Shown here piece after piece: positions 7,960 to 17,260 of a stretch of 36,353 nt of DNA. The notes beneath the pieces were generated by a model that did no database searches, was not told the origin of the DNA, and worked only from the letters and a program-made list of their open reading frames with translations. A program made the translations under genes and the position numbers. The stretch lies in assembly GCA_039698055.1 (NCBI GenBank), contig JBDKTL010000038.1, forward strand, positions 1 through 36,353, given 5' to 3'. The DNA is from Methanoregula sp. (GTDB lineage Archaea > Halobacteriota > Methanomicrobia > Methanomicrobiales > Methanospirillaceae). Each line of letters begins with the position of its first letter. Position 1 is the first letter of the stretch.

Positions 7960-10602
7960 GTGATACGCGAGCCACCGGCAAAAAAGATCCTCTACTGGTG
8001 CGATACGTGCAACGTGCCCCTGATCGGCAGGAGCTGTGCGTGCGGTGCGGACGGGAGAGCGATCGAACTTCTCCAGCCGTACGATGTACGCCCGGTGCTC
8101 GCGGCTGATATGCAGCTGATAAAAACCCTCGTGCGGGAACGCTTTGGCAACATCCCGCTCCAGGCCGTCATGCTTTTTAATAAAACCGGTGGGGTTGACC
8201 GGGCCGATCTCGTTATCGCCCACGGGCAGCGGTTTGCATGGCTGACCTTTGATCCGGTGACCCGTGCTTACAACCTCGATCTTATCCCGGACGCATTGCC
8301 GTACATCATCAAACATGTCACCAAAGGCATGATCGATCTCGATATGGATCTTGCCGGTGACCGGGTGAGCGGAAGAATGGGCGGAAAAAAGTTCCCGCTC
8401 AAAAACCCGGTGCCTGACGGGACTGTGATCCTGAAATACCGGGGCCGGTTTGGCACCGGGGTAGTAAAAGACGGGCAGGTCCGGGTCAAGGAACTCAATA
8501 CCATCGAACCAAAAACCGGCAAGAACCCGGACTGGGCGTTTGTGATCCAGCAGAACAAGTACCACTTAAAAAATCTCGAGCATGCGGCAATCCGGACCAT
8601 AAAGCAGCATATGCGGGACCGGCCCGTCATCAACGTCTCGTTCTCCGGCGGGAAGGACAGCACCGCGGTCTACACACTCGCAAAAAAAGCCGGGGTCACC
8701 GAAGCGTTCTTCATCGATACCGGTATCGAGTTCCCCGAAACGGTCGAGTTCGTGAAATCCATGGGCATCGACATTCTTCCAAAATCCACGGACTTCTGGC
8801 AGGCAGCAGAAAAAGCCGGGCCGCCAAGCAAGGACAACCGCTGGTGCTGCAAGTTCCTCAAACAGAACCCGCTCAAAACCGTGCTTGCAAAGACCGGCCC
8901 GTGTGTCACGGTGCAGGGCAACCGCTGGTACGAGTCATGGAACCGGGCGGACCTTGAGGAGGCGATCCAGAACCCGCTAAATCCTCTTCAGCTCAATGTC
9001 TCACCGATACGGAACTGGCGGGCGCTTGAAGTGTTTCTCTATCTCTGGTGGCAGAACGTACCAATTAACCCGCTCTATGACCGGGGGATCGAGCGGATCG
9101 GCTGCTATCTCTGCCCCGCGATGCTTGAAAGCGAGTACGAACTGCTCCGGGAGACGTACCCGGAAACGGCGCTGCGCTGGGATGAGTTCCTTTTACGGTG
9201 GCAGAGGAAAAAAGGGCTCCCTGACCCGTATTCCCGGTGGGGGCTCTGGCGCTGGCGGACACTTCCAAAGAAGATGCTGGAGCTGTGCCGGAACCGGGGG
9301 ATTGCGGTAAACGAGGATAACACGTTAACCACCGGCCCGGTGCCGGAACACAAAGAGACGGTTGAAATAAAAAAAGAGAGTATCATGAAACCGGAAATGG
9401 CAAAAAGCGTTGGCGACAGTTTTCCGATCGATGCTGTCAGGAGTGACTTCCCGATCCTTGGCGATATCATCTATCTTGACAATGCAGCAACGAGTTTTTC
9501 GCCGGAACCTGTCATCGACGCGGTCGTCGAGTTCGAGCACCACTACCGGGCAAACGTCGGGCGGGGGGTGCACCGCTTCACCCAGATTGCCAGCCAGCGG
9601 TACTGGCATGCCCACGAAAAAGTGGCGGAGTTCATCAACGGCAAAAACGGTATCACCGTGTTTACGAAAAATACCACCGAATCCATCAATATGGTCGCTC
9701 ACGGGCTTTCATGGAAGCCCGGCGACCGGGTGATTACGACTGTTCTCGAACACCATTCAAACTACCTGCCCTGGAGAGCCCTGTCAAAGCAGGGCGTCGT
9801 GCTCGATGTCGTCGGTATCGATACCGGCTATGTTCCCGATCTCGCGCTGCTTGAACAGGCAATCACCCCATCGACCCGGCTGGTCGCCGTCACCCATGCG
9901 TCAAATGTTCTTGGCGTTGTTGTCCCGGTCGAAGAGATTGCCCGCATCTGCCACGCACACGGGGTGCTCCTGCTGGTCGATGGCGCCCAGACCGTCCCGC
10001 ACATGCCGGTGGACGTGGAAAAACTCGGGTGCGATTTCTTCTGCTTCTCGGGCCACAAGATGCTCGGGCTGACCGGCACCGGGGTCCTCTGGATGAAAGA
10101 GGCATGCCTTGAGCCCTTCATTATCGGAGGGGGCATGGTGGAATCGGTGACCGGGGCAAAAGTTACCTACGCCGAGGGATACCAGCAGTACGAAGCAGGG
10201 ACACCGAACATCTCAGGCGGCATCGGACTTGGGGCGGCGGTGGAGTACCTTGAAAAGATCGGGATGGACGCCGTTCACCGGCATGAAACAGCGCTGACGA
10301 CCCGGCTGATCGACGGGCTTATGAAAAATCCCCGGGTCCATGTCTATGCCCCACCCGAACCCAAAAACCGTATCGGCGTGGTATCCTTTACCGTGGACGG
10401 CCTCCCCCCGCACGAGGTAGCCCAGAAACTTGACGAGGCCGCAGACATCATGGTCAGGTCCGGGCACCACTGCTGCCAGCCGCTGATGGAACAGCTGGGC
10501 CTCGCTGACGGCACGGTGCGGGCAAGCCTTGCGCTGTATACGACCGAACAGGAAATCGATCTGTTTGTTGCGACGCTCGATGAGATCACGCGGGCGATAT
10601 AA
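7960..10602 (+). CDS. Fusion of an archaeal PAPS-reductase/DndC-like PP-loop Fe-S domain and a SufS-type cysteine desulfurase
   Basis: N-half: CDTCNVP...CACG, SFSGGKDS, IDTGIEFPET, RWCC, RIGCYLCP. C-half: YLDNAAT, DGAQ, SGHK (PLP Lys), RSGHHC. Single uninterrupted ORF; GTG 7960 is the inferred start (track gives 7900). Confidence 0.9.
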   Translation: MIREPPAKKILYWCDTCNVPLIGRSCACGADGRAIELLQPYDVRPVLAADMQLIKTLVRERFGNIPLQAVMLFNKTGGVDRADLVIAHGQRFAWLTFDPVTRAYNLDLIPDALPYIIKHVTKGMIDLDMDLAGDRVSGRMGGKKFPLKNPVPDGTVILKYRGRFGTGVVKDGQVRVKELNTIEPKTGKNPDWAFVIQQNKYHLKNLEHAAIRTIKQHMRDRPVINVSFSGGKDSTAVYTLAKKAGVTEAFFIDTGIEFPETVEFVKSMGIDILPKSTDFWQAAEKAGPPSKDNRWCCKFLKQNPLKTVLAKTGPCVTVQGNRWYESWNRADLEEAIQNPLNPLQLNVSPIRNWRALEVFLYLWWQNVPINPLYDRGIERIGCYLCPAMLESEYELLRETYPETALRWDEFLLRWQRKKGLPDPYSRWGLWRWRTLPKKMLELCRNRGIAVNEDNTLTTGPVPEHKETVEIKKESIMKPEMAKSVGDSFPIDAVRSDFPILGDIIYLDNAATSFSPEPVIDAVVEFEHHYRANVGRGVHRFTQIASQRYWHAHEKVAEFINGKNGITVFTKNTTESINMVAHGLSWKPGDRVITTVLEHHSNYLPWRALSKQGVVLDVVGIDTGYVPDLALLEQAITPSTRLVAVTHASNVLGVVVPVEEIARICHAHGVLLLVDGAQTVPHMPVDVEKLGCDFFCFSGHKMLGLTGTGVLWMKEACLEPFIIGGGMVESVTGAKVTYAEGYQQYEAGTPNISGGIGLGAAVEYLEKIGMDAVHRHETALTTRLIDGLMKNPRVHVYAPPEPKNRIGVVSFTVDGLPPHEVAQKLDEAADIMVRSGHHCCQPLMEQLGLADGTVRASLALYTTEQEIDLFVATLDEITRAI

Positions 10603-10728
10603 CGTAATTTTTATGCAAAAAACCAGCACTTTTTTTTGTCCGTTGCCCGGCTCGATCTTTTATAATCCGGTGACTGACGTAACAGTAAAGGAACCGGGCA
10701 CCATGAACTGCCGTTCCGGAGTATCTTC

Positions 10729-11529
10729 ATGTATGGATCTGAATTTGCCGACATACTCGGGCGTGTCCGGGTGAAACGACCGCTCGTCCACCATATCACC
10801 AACTACGTCACGGTCAACGATTGCGCGAATATCACCCTGTGTGCCGGGGGAGCCCCGGTCATGGCAGATGCCCGCGAAGAGGTAGCGGAGATGGCGGCAG
10901 TCTCGGGAGCGCTTGTGCTGAACATCGGCACGCTCAACCCGTCAATTATCGAGTCCATGATTATTGCCGGGACTGCGGCAAACGAAAAAAAGATACCGGT
11001 AATCCTTGATCCGGTGGGCGTGGGTGCGACCCGGCTCAGGACGACAAGCGCACAGCGCCTGCTCGATGAACTCAAAATCACGATCCTGAAAGGAAATGCC
11101 GGGGAAATTGGCGTGCTTGCCGGTGCGGAGGCAAAGGTGCGTGGCGTTGATTCCGACGGGCTCAAAGGCGACCCCGTTGCCATCGCACGGGACTATGCAA
11201 AGGAAAGAGGAATTACCGTTGTCGTGAGTGGCGAGACCGATATCGTGACCGACGGACGGCGTACACTGCTGGTTGAGAACGGCGATCCGATGATGGGAAT
11301 TATCTGCGGTACCGGGTGCATGGCGTCGTCGGTTGTCGGTACTTTTGCGGCTGTCTGTGACGATCCGGTCCTTGCGTCGGCCGGTGCACTGGCGGCTTTT
11401 GGGATTGCCGGGGAAAAGGCGGCGACCCGGCAGGGGCGGCCCGGCTCGTTCAAGCCGCACCTTCTCGATGAACTTGCGGCACTCGATCTGCTGACTCTTG
11501 AAGAGTGTGCAAAAGTCCAAAACGCATGA
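10729..11529 (+). CDS. thiM: Hydroxyethylthiazole kinase
   Basis: [32 protein letters not shown] motifs. Confidence 0.95.
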   Translation: MYGSEFADILGRVRVKRPLVHHITNYVTVNDCANITLCAGGAPVMADAREEVAEMAAVSGALVLNIGTLNPSIIESMIIAGTAANEKKIPVILDPVGVGATRLRTTSAQRLLDELKITILKGNAGEIGVLAGAEAKVRGVDSDGLKGDPVAIARDYAKERGITVVVSGETDIVTDGRRTLLVENGDPMMGIICGTGCMASSVVGTFAAVCDDPVLASAGALAAFGIAGEKAATRQGRPGSFKPHLLDELAALDLLTLEECAKVQNA

Positions 11530-11540
11530 ACTAAACTGTT

Positions 11541-12179
11541 ATGTCCTACGATCTCTACGTTATCACCGATGAGGAAATTGCCGGCGGGCTTACCCATGAA
11601 GAGATAACAGAGCGGGCAATCGCCGGCGGTGCAGATGCAATCCAGTTACGGGACAAGCACTGCAGGTACGGGGAACTCGCCAGAACGGCGGACAGGATCT
11701 GCCATCTCTGCAAAAAAACCGGGACAATTTTTATTGTCAATGACCGGCTGGATGTGGCACTCGCCTGCGGTGCGGACGGCGTGCATCTCGGGCAGGATGA
11801 TATGGGGGTGGATGTGGCACGGCAGCTTGCTCCCCCGGCATTTATCATCGGCGTTTCTGTGGGTAACGCTGAGGAAGCGATCCGTGCAGAACAGCAGGGG
11901 GCCAGTTACGTTGCCCTGAGCCCGACATTTTCCACCGGGTCCAAGAATGATGCCGGCCCGGGGCATGGGTTAAACGTCCTTTGGGCGATCCACGCTTCGG
12001 TATCGATTCCGGTGGTGGCAATCGGCGGGATCACGACGGATAACGTGGGCGACGTCATCGCAGCCGGGGCAGATGGCATCGCGGTGATATCTGCGGTGGT
12101 TGGGAAACGGGATATCGCTGCTGCTGCCCGGGAATTAAAAACCCTGATCATGCAGGCAAGGCAGGTGAGGCATTCATGA
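11541..12179 (+). CDS. thiE: Thiamine-phosphate synthase
   Basis: LYVITD, QLRDK, IVNDR, GVHLGQDD, AIGGI motifs. Confidence 0.95.
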   Translation: MSYDLYVITDEEIAGGLTHEEITERAIAGGADAIQLRDKHCRYGELARTADRICHLCKKTGTIFIVNDRLDVALACGADGVHLGQDDMGVDVARQLAPPAFIIGVSVGNAEEAIRAEQQGASYVALSPTFSTGSKNDAGPGHGLNVLWAIHASVSIPVVAIGGITTDNVGDVIAAGADGIAVISAVVGKRDIAAAARELKTLIMQARQVRHS

Positions 12180-12562
12180 CCGGTATTCCCCCGGCCCGGT
12201 TTGTGCTCCACGACCATTTCGCCCGCCACCACCATTTTGATTTCCGGCTTGAACGTGACGGTGTCCTGAAAAGCTGGGCGGTGCCGAAAGGATTGCCGAA
12301 GAAACCGGGCGAACGCCGGCTGGTAATTGCGGTAGACGATCATCCTCTCGGTTACATTGATTTTACCGGCACGATCCCGGAAGGGGATTATGGCGCCGGT
12401 GAGGTGAAAATTGCTGATACCGGGGTGTATGAGTCCCTTGTCTGGACGGATGACCGGATTGAAGTGGTGCTGCACGGCAGGAAATTTTCCGGGAAATTTG
12501 TCCTTGTCCGGTTTAAAAAAGCCGGGGAGAATGAATGGCTTGTCATGAAGGGAAAGGACTGA
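12176..12562 (+). CDS. Stand-alone LigD 3'-phosphoesterase (PE) domain protein
   Basis: FVLHDHFARHHHFDFRLE, KSWAVPKG, DHPLGY.DF.G.IP.G.YGAG motifs; ATGA overlap with thiE. Confidence 0.9.
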   Translation: MTGIPPARFVLHDHFARHHHFDFRLERDGVLKSWAVPKGLPKKPGERRLVIAVDDHPLGYIDFTGTIPEGDYGAGEVKIADTGVYESLVWTDDRIEVVLHGRKFSGKFVLVRFKKAGENEWLVMKGKD

Positions 12563-12618
12563 TTTGTCAATTTGGTTTTTTCGTATCCGGAACTGGTGAA
12601 TAAAGCCCGGCCGATGAT

Positions 12619-13158
12619 TTATGCGACCATCTGCAGGATCTCCAGTGAAGATACCAGGATAATGGAACTGATGAGTGTCCAGCCGATCATGATCACCAGC
12701 ACTCCCCGGACTGTTTTTCCATAAAAAAGCCAGTCGAGAATCGCACAGCCGTACAGTCCGACTCCGGGCACAAGGATGAAGGGAATGAGCATGTACATCC
12801 CGAATTTCTTAAAAAAAACCGAACGGTCTGCAATACCTTTGACCTTTGCGATGAAGTGCGACAACCGGGTGGATCGCTTTGCAAACCCGTCACAGATCTC
12901 AAATATGCCAAAAATTACCGAGAAGGCAACAGAGACCAGTGTCGCGATGATAAACACCGGTGGCAGCGACAGGCCTGCGCCAACGGCAGCGGCAAACGGC
13001 TGGAATACTAGGATGGCGGCAATGAAGCCAAGCGTTACGTGTGCCGGGACATTAAACACAAAACCAAGCGCGAAGGGAATGACAATAATCCCGGCAAGGA
13101 AAAACAGCAGTGCCCGTACTGCCTCGGCGATCGCCCGGGATTCGTGGGTGTCCTCCAT
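12619..13158 (-). CDS. Small multi-pass membrane protein (small multidrug export-like)
   Basis: ~5 TM segments, 'PFILVPGVGLYG'; start at MEDT (13158) is more plausible than 13260. Confidence 0.7.
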   Translation of the reverse strand: MEDTHESRAIAEAVRALLFFLAGIIVIPFALGFVFNVPAHVTLGFIAAILVFQPFAAAVGAGLSLPPVFIIATLVSVAFSVIFGIFEICDGFAKRSTRLSHFIAKVKGIADRSVFFKKFGMYMLIPFILVPGVGLYGCAILDWLFYGKTVRGVLVIMIGWTLISSIILVSSLEILQMVA

Positions 13159-13338
13159 ACTGTGTACCTGTAGTTGATATCCAGAGTAATAACGATGCTG
13201 AACCAATATATATCTGGTTACCAGCGAATTTTTTTGGAACTTCATGTCCACAAAGAACACTATATTCAGCTCCCTGCCCGGATTGAACCGTTTTTATGTG
13301 CTGCGAACATACCGGGATCTACTAAAAAAGGCCTCCTG

Positions 13339-14082
13339 ATGAACAAAACGCCTGTCCCTGAAACCATCCTGTGCAATGGCACCACGATCCCCTATACCAT
13401 TCACTACAGCGACCGGCGCAGGACACTTGCGATTGAGATCTCCCCGGATCTTACGGTCAAAGTCCGTGCTCCACAGCGGGCAACCCGGGCGTCTGTCCGG
13501 GACTTTATAGAAAAAAAGTCTGCGTGGATTGCAAAACATCTCAGCCGGTTTGGCGAGATCCGGCCCTATACTGCCCCAAAAAAGTTTACCAGCGGCGAAC
13601 GGTTCCTCTATCTTGGGCAGGAGTACCATCTTGCCGTTCATGCGTGCGCCGATCAGCCGCATGTCCGGATCATCCGCGACCAGATCGATGTCGGGCTGCC
13701 GGCAACACTCCCGCCCGATGAGTACTCCCGGGCAGCCCGGTCTGCACTCATCGCGTGGTACCATGATCATGCAATCGCGAGGATCGAAGAGTACGTGGCA
13801 AAATATGCAGAGGTCCTTGCAATTCCGGTACCTCCGTTTACGGTAAAAGTGCTGAGAAAACGATGGGGCAGCTGCAGTGCGAAGAACCGTCTCAATTTTA
13901 ACCAGAATATTGTCATGGCTCCTGCACGCCAGATCGAGTACGTGGTGGTGCACGAGCTCTGCCACTTCCGGCACAAAAACCATTCAGCCCGGTTCTGGAA
14001 TCATGTGAGGTCAGTGATGCCGGATTACCGGGAACGGCGGGTGGCGCTCAGGAAAGAAGGATGGAAGTACGGGCTGGAATAA
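13339..14082 (+). CDS. YgjP/DUF45-like zinc metallo-hydrolase (M48/SprT-like)
   Basis: RRRTLAI, VRAP, RWGSCS, YVVVHELCH, NHSARFW; start at MNKT (13339). Confidence 0.9.
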   Translation: MNKTPVPETILCNGTTIPYTIHYSDRRRTLAIEISPDLTVKVRAPQRATRASVRDFIEKKSAWIAKHLSRFGEIRPYTAPKKFTSGERFLYLGQEYHLAVHACADQPHVRIIRDQIDVGLPATLPPDEYSRAARSALIAWYHDHAIARIEEYVAKYAEVLAIPVPPFTVKVLRKRWGSCSAKNRLNFNQNIVMAPARQIEYVVVHELCHFRHKNHSARFWNHVRSVMPDYRERRVALRKEGWKYGLE

Positions 14083-14221
14083 CAACCGCCCGATGAATAC
14101 ACCGCTCCCGGCTGCGTTAAAAAAGGAAAAGAAAATCCGGTCTGCCGGCTGGATGAAGACCGGTCAGAGCCTGTCATCCACCCCGCGTCCGGCTTACCGG
14201 ATCCGGCTTGGTACTATTCCT

Positions 14222-14923
14222 TTAGCCCAGTCTCCATACCGCCCGGTTCTGGTAATCAAGGTTGGTTACCACGTAGGTTGAGGAGGGGGAGAATGAAGCG
14301 GGGACTTCATAGATGAGATATCCTTCTGCTTTGTTGCTTTCACCGGGCAGGAGGAACCCGCCGGTCCCTCCTGTACCTATCCGGTAATCGTATTGCTTGT
14401 CGTTGACATGGTCAATAATTACATCGGAACTGTGGACAGAGGAATAACTGTACGCCTTCCCGTTACTCATGACGACAAATTGCTGGGGTGAAGGAGCGTA
14501 CACATCTTTGCTGCCGGTATTCTGGACCGTGACGTACAAAAACAGGAAGGTGTTGCCTGCCTGTGGCGTTTCCGTGTTGTAACCACGCTGGAGTTCTAAC
14601 GGGAGCGATGATGCGGCCTGCTCGCTAGGGCTGTTCCATGACGGGGCTGTCCAGTTGTAGTTTGGCCGTACTTCGTACCGGTTCACGGTTGCCTTACCCT
14701 GTTCATTCCCGGTCCCGAAGGTGGCGTACTGGTTTAAGGCCAGGGCATTGGAATATTGTTCTGATGCGGTCACGTAGGCCGTGGGTGTTGGCGACGATGT
14801 CATTATTGATGTCGTGGGAACCGTGGTCTCAAGCCGGACCGGCTGGGATGTACTTGTGCATCCTGAAAAGAGGAGTGCAATGAACAGCACTCCAATAACT
14901 GCGGTTGTGTACATGAATTTCAT
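14222..14923 (-). CDS. Lipoprotein-like secreted protein, DUF4352-like Ig fold
   Basis: 'LFSGC' lipobox-like motif, Thr-rich linker, 'FLFLYVTVQNTG', 'LLPGES...GYLIYEVP'; GGAGAG upstream of ATG 14923. Confidence 0.75.
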   Translation of the reverse strand: MKFMYTTAVIGVLFIALLFSGCTSTSQPVRLETTVPTTSIMTSSPTPTAYVTASEQYSNALALNQYATFGTGNEQGKATVNRYEVRPNYNWTAPSWNSPSEQAASSLPLELQRGYNTETPQAGNTFLFLYVTVQNTGSKDVYAPSPQQFVVMSNGKAYSYSSVHSSDVIIDHVNDKQYDYRIGTGGTGGFLLPGESNKAEGYLIYEVPASFSPSSTYVVTNLDYQNRAVWRLG

Positions 14924-15028
14924 ATTATCTCTCCTAGAGGGGTCGTGCATCTATCCCGGGTTCATCATCCCGAAAAATCAAATTATCCCTGTAAAACACT
15001 CCTGTTTCCCTGATATATTTTCAGCATT

Positions 15029-15052
15029 CCCGAAAAAAAGCGTTTTTTCGGG
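15029..15052. promoter_or_regulatory. Perfect 10-bp inverted repeat (operator- or terminator-like)
   Basis: CCCGAAAAAA-agcg-TTTTTTCGGG upstream of the DUF4352-like gene; function not determinable from sequence. Confidence 0.3.
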
Positions 15053-15257
15053 GGATATTTTAGTAATACCGTCTTGTATATGATATAGTTTTATACCAGT
15101 TTCAGAAATTGCTTTGAATACATATTACGATCAATACTCGAAAATTAAGGCCAAAAACACCATCAATGGTGCCTGCGTGACCCGTCAGGACACTAAAAAA
15201 ATCTCGAAAAAATAAACCCGTTACTTTTTAGGAAGGATTGCAACTTTTTTGTTTTTA

Positions 15258-15275
15258 AGCCGCCGGAGGGAATTG
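15258..15275. repeat. att site (duplicated tRNA-Thr 3' end)
   Basis: AGCCGCCGGAGGGAATTG, identical to 25115-25132. Confidence 0.93.
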
Positions 15276-15538
15276 TATGTCAAAGTTCAATTCATTTACG
15301 AAAAACGGGTTAAATCTTATATAGTAAATCTGTGTTTTCTACAATTGTCCAGGGAACTGATATATAAACTTACTTCAGGGGTCAAAAAACACAATTTGGT
15401 CTGCTTTTTAATTATTTTATCGTCGAAGAATTGATTAAAAATAGCAGTATCAATCCGAAACATATCAAATTCTGTCTGCCTACCTTAATTATCCGGTTTG
15501 GTGTATCTCAAAGATCGTACCATCAAAACGGAACATAT

Positions 15539-15757
15539 CTAATTCTGTCTGTCTTCTGCAATTATACGGTCTAGGTGTTCCTCAAATATAGAATCTTCAA
15601 TATTGAACATATCAAGTTCTGTCTGTCCTTTTTTCCGTGTGTTGGGAATTTGAGAAAAGATGTTGTATGTCAATTGGCCGAATCGCAGATCCGGTTGGGC
15701 CAGCCAGATTTCTTTTAGCTTTTCTACTATTATTGGAATTCGTGATGGATCGCGCAT
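15539..15757 (-). CDS. Small phage/MGE-type protein (MRDPxRI...W...PDLRxGQL; YihD/DUF1040-like)
   Basis: 72 aa, MRDPSRIPIIVEKLKEIWLAQPDLRFGQL; AGGA upstream of the start. Confidence 0.75.
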   Translation of the reverse strand: MRDPSRIPIIVEKLKEIWLAQPDLRFGQLTYNIFSQIPNTRKKGQTELDMFNIEDSIFEEHLDRIIAEDRQN

Positions 15758-15839
15758 GCATATCCTATAATGTTCGCAGTATTTGTGAATAGCTTCAGTA
15801 CAAAAGCATTAATTATCATTAGATTTCGAAGAATTGTTA

Positions 15840-17156
15840 ATGATCAATTTTCAAGAAACCGTCAAAAATAATCCCATATCGCTTTTTATTTGGGTATTGA
15901 TAGGAATTTTTGTATTCTTAGTAATTTGTATTATCCTTGCCCTCTTCATCAGTTTTAATCCAACAATAAATGTCGTTTCATCTTTTTTCAATACAACGAA
16001 TATTTCGACTACACAGAATTTCTTTAATAATCAAATTAATGTCTCTCAAGATGAAGTAAACACCTCGATAAACAACTCCATTTTGGATAGTACCGGTTTT
16101 AATTTGATCTCGCCTATCATTGCATTATTGGGTTCTTTCGGGGTATTTGCCTATTTGTTTTATTCAATAAAAGAGGGAACGCTCTCAAAAACCGAGAATA
16201 GAAAATTGCTTTATGGTTTTTTGGGTGGAATGGGTATCATAATATTACTTATTGCGATTGTTTTTACATCTTTTTTTCAGGGTAAATACCCCTATGAAAA
16301 ATACATTGAAATCCTTGGTTTGATTGCCCTCTTTTTATTTATGGCAATAATCGCTTATTTTTTCAAGCTCACATTTGATGCAATAGAAGAAAACTATACA
16401 AATCGTCAAGCACTTATCGATTTTTTGGAAATTAAAATTTCAAAGGCGATTATTTGGCAGCCTATTGATAATTTTGCTCGATGTATTGTGGCACTTCAAG
16501 ATTTTTTTTCTTATTTCGTATTCGTATTAATTTGTCTCATACCAATCGTCGGCATTCTATTAGGGTTAAATTTACTGTCGATAATTTTTATCGAGATAAT
16601 GATCTTCACTCTGTTCAGCGGTTTTTGCAGATTGATTAGTTTATGTGAGAATACTTCGAATATAACTCTTAAAAAACGAATTTGTTCAGAACATATTTCT
16701 TTTTCATCTAAACGTTTGTCGAATATTTTCTTTTTACCCTCTCCCGAAGAGGGGTATTTCAAGATTTTAACTAAAAATGGCTATGTTACAATTTTAAAAA
16801 ATGAGATTCTTACTATTCATGATAACGAGGTTATTATTTTCAAAGGAAAAGAAAAGTTACTTCCCCTAAATATCTGGATAAAAAGAAGTGTTCGTTTCGT
16901 TCTATCATTGATCCTTGCAGGATTCCTATATCTACTATTTTTCTTTGGAATTGTTGGGATAGCGATTTTGGTTCGGCCCAACGATTTGCTACAAATTTTA
17001 CAAACGACAATGCCGGGGTTATTGTTAACAATAGAAGGAAACAGTCTGATATTCGCGTTTTGTATTATTGGATGGTTCTGTCAAGAAATCGATGAATATT
17101 TGAAAACTGTAGTTGATCAATTTATGATAGTACCTCATGCACTAGAATTCTATTAG
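15840..17156 (+). CDS. Unknown polytopic membrane protein
   Basis: ~440-aa ORF in AT-rich DNA, ~8-9 hydrophobic segments, Asn/Thr-rich loop after TM1; ATG 15840 (TTG 15834 alternative). Confidence 0.8.
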   Translation: MINFQETVKNNPISLFIWVLIGIFVFLVICIILALFISFNPTINVVSSFFNTTNISTTQNFFNNQINVSQDEVNTSINNSILDSTGFNLISPIIALLGSFGVFAYLFYSIKEGTLSKTENRKLLYGFLGGMGIIILLIAIVFTSFFQGKYPYEKYIEILGLIALFLFMAIIAYFFKLTFDAIEENYTNRQALIDFLEIKISKAIIWQPIDNFARCIVALQDFFSYFVFVLICLIPIVGILLGLNLLSIIFIEIMIFTLFSGFCRLISLCENTSNITLKKRICSEHISFSSKRLSNIFFLPSPEEGYFKILTKNGYVTILKNEILTIHDNEVIIFKGKEKLLPLNIWIKRSVRFVLSLILAGFLYLLFFFGIVGIAILVRPNDLLQILQTTMPGLLLTIEGNSLIFAFCIIGWFCQEIDEYLKTVVDQFMIVPHALEFY

Positions 17157-17260
17157 ATTTCATTTTTAATGGAAATTAATGGAAAAATTAAAACACATGC
17201 TAAATCGTGAAAGGAATAAAAATCGATAGCCATTTCTATTGTATCACTGAACATAATCTA

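Noticed and set aside
7960-10602. A Dnd/Ssp DNA phosphorothioation operon
   Set aside because: Only DndA- and DndC-like chemistry is present; no DndB/D/E, SspB/C/E or restriction genes are nearby, and the gene has host-like composition in a housekeeping context.
10603-10728. TPP riboswitch upstream of thiM-thiE
   Set aside because: The conserved GCTGAGA and CCTGA-type core motifs are not visible; the region looks like a T-tract plus a TATA-like promoter.
13339-14082. YgjP-like gene as a marker of a type I restriction-modification locus or part of the island
   Set aside because: No hsdR/M/S genes in the window; it lies outside the att repeats and has host-like composition.
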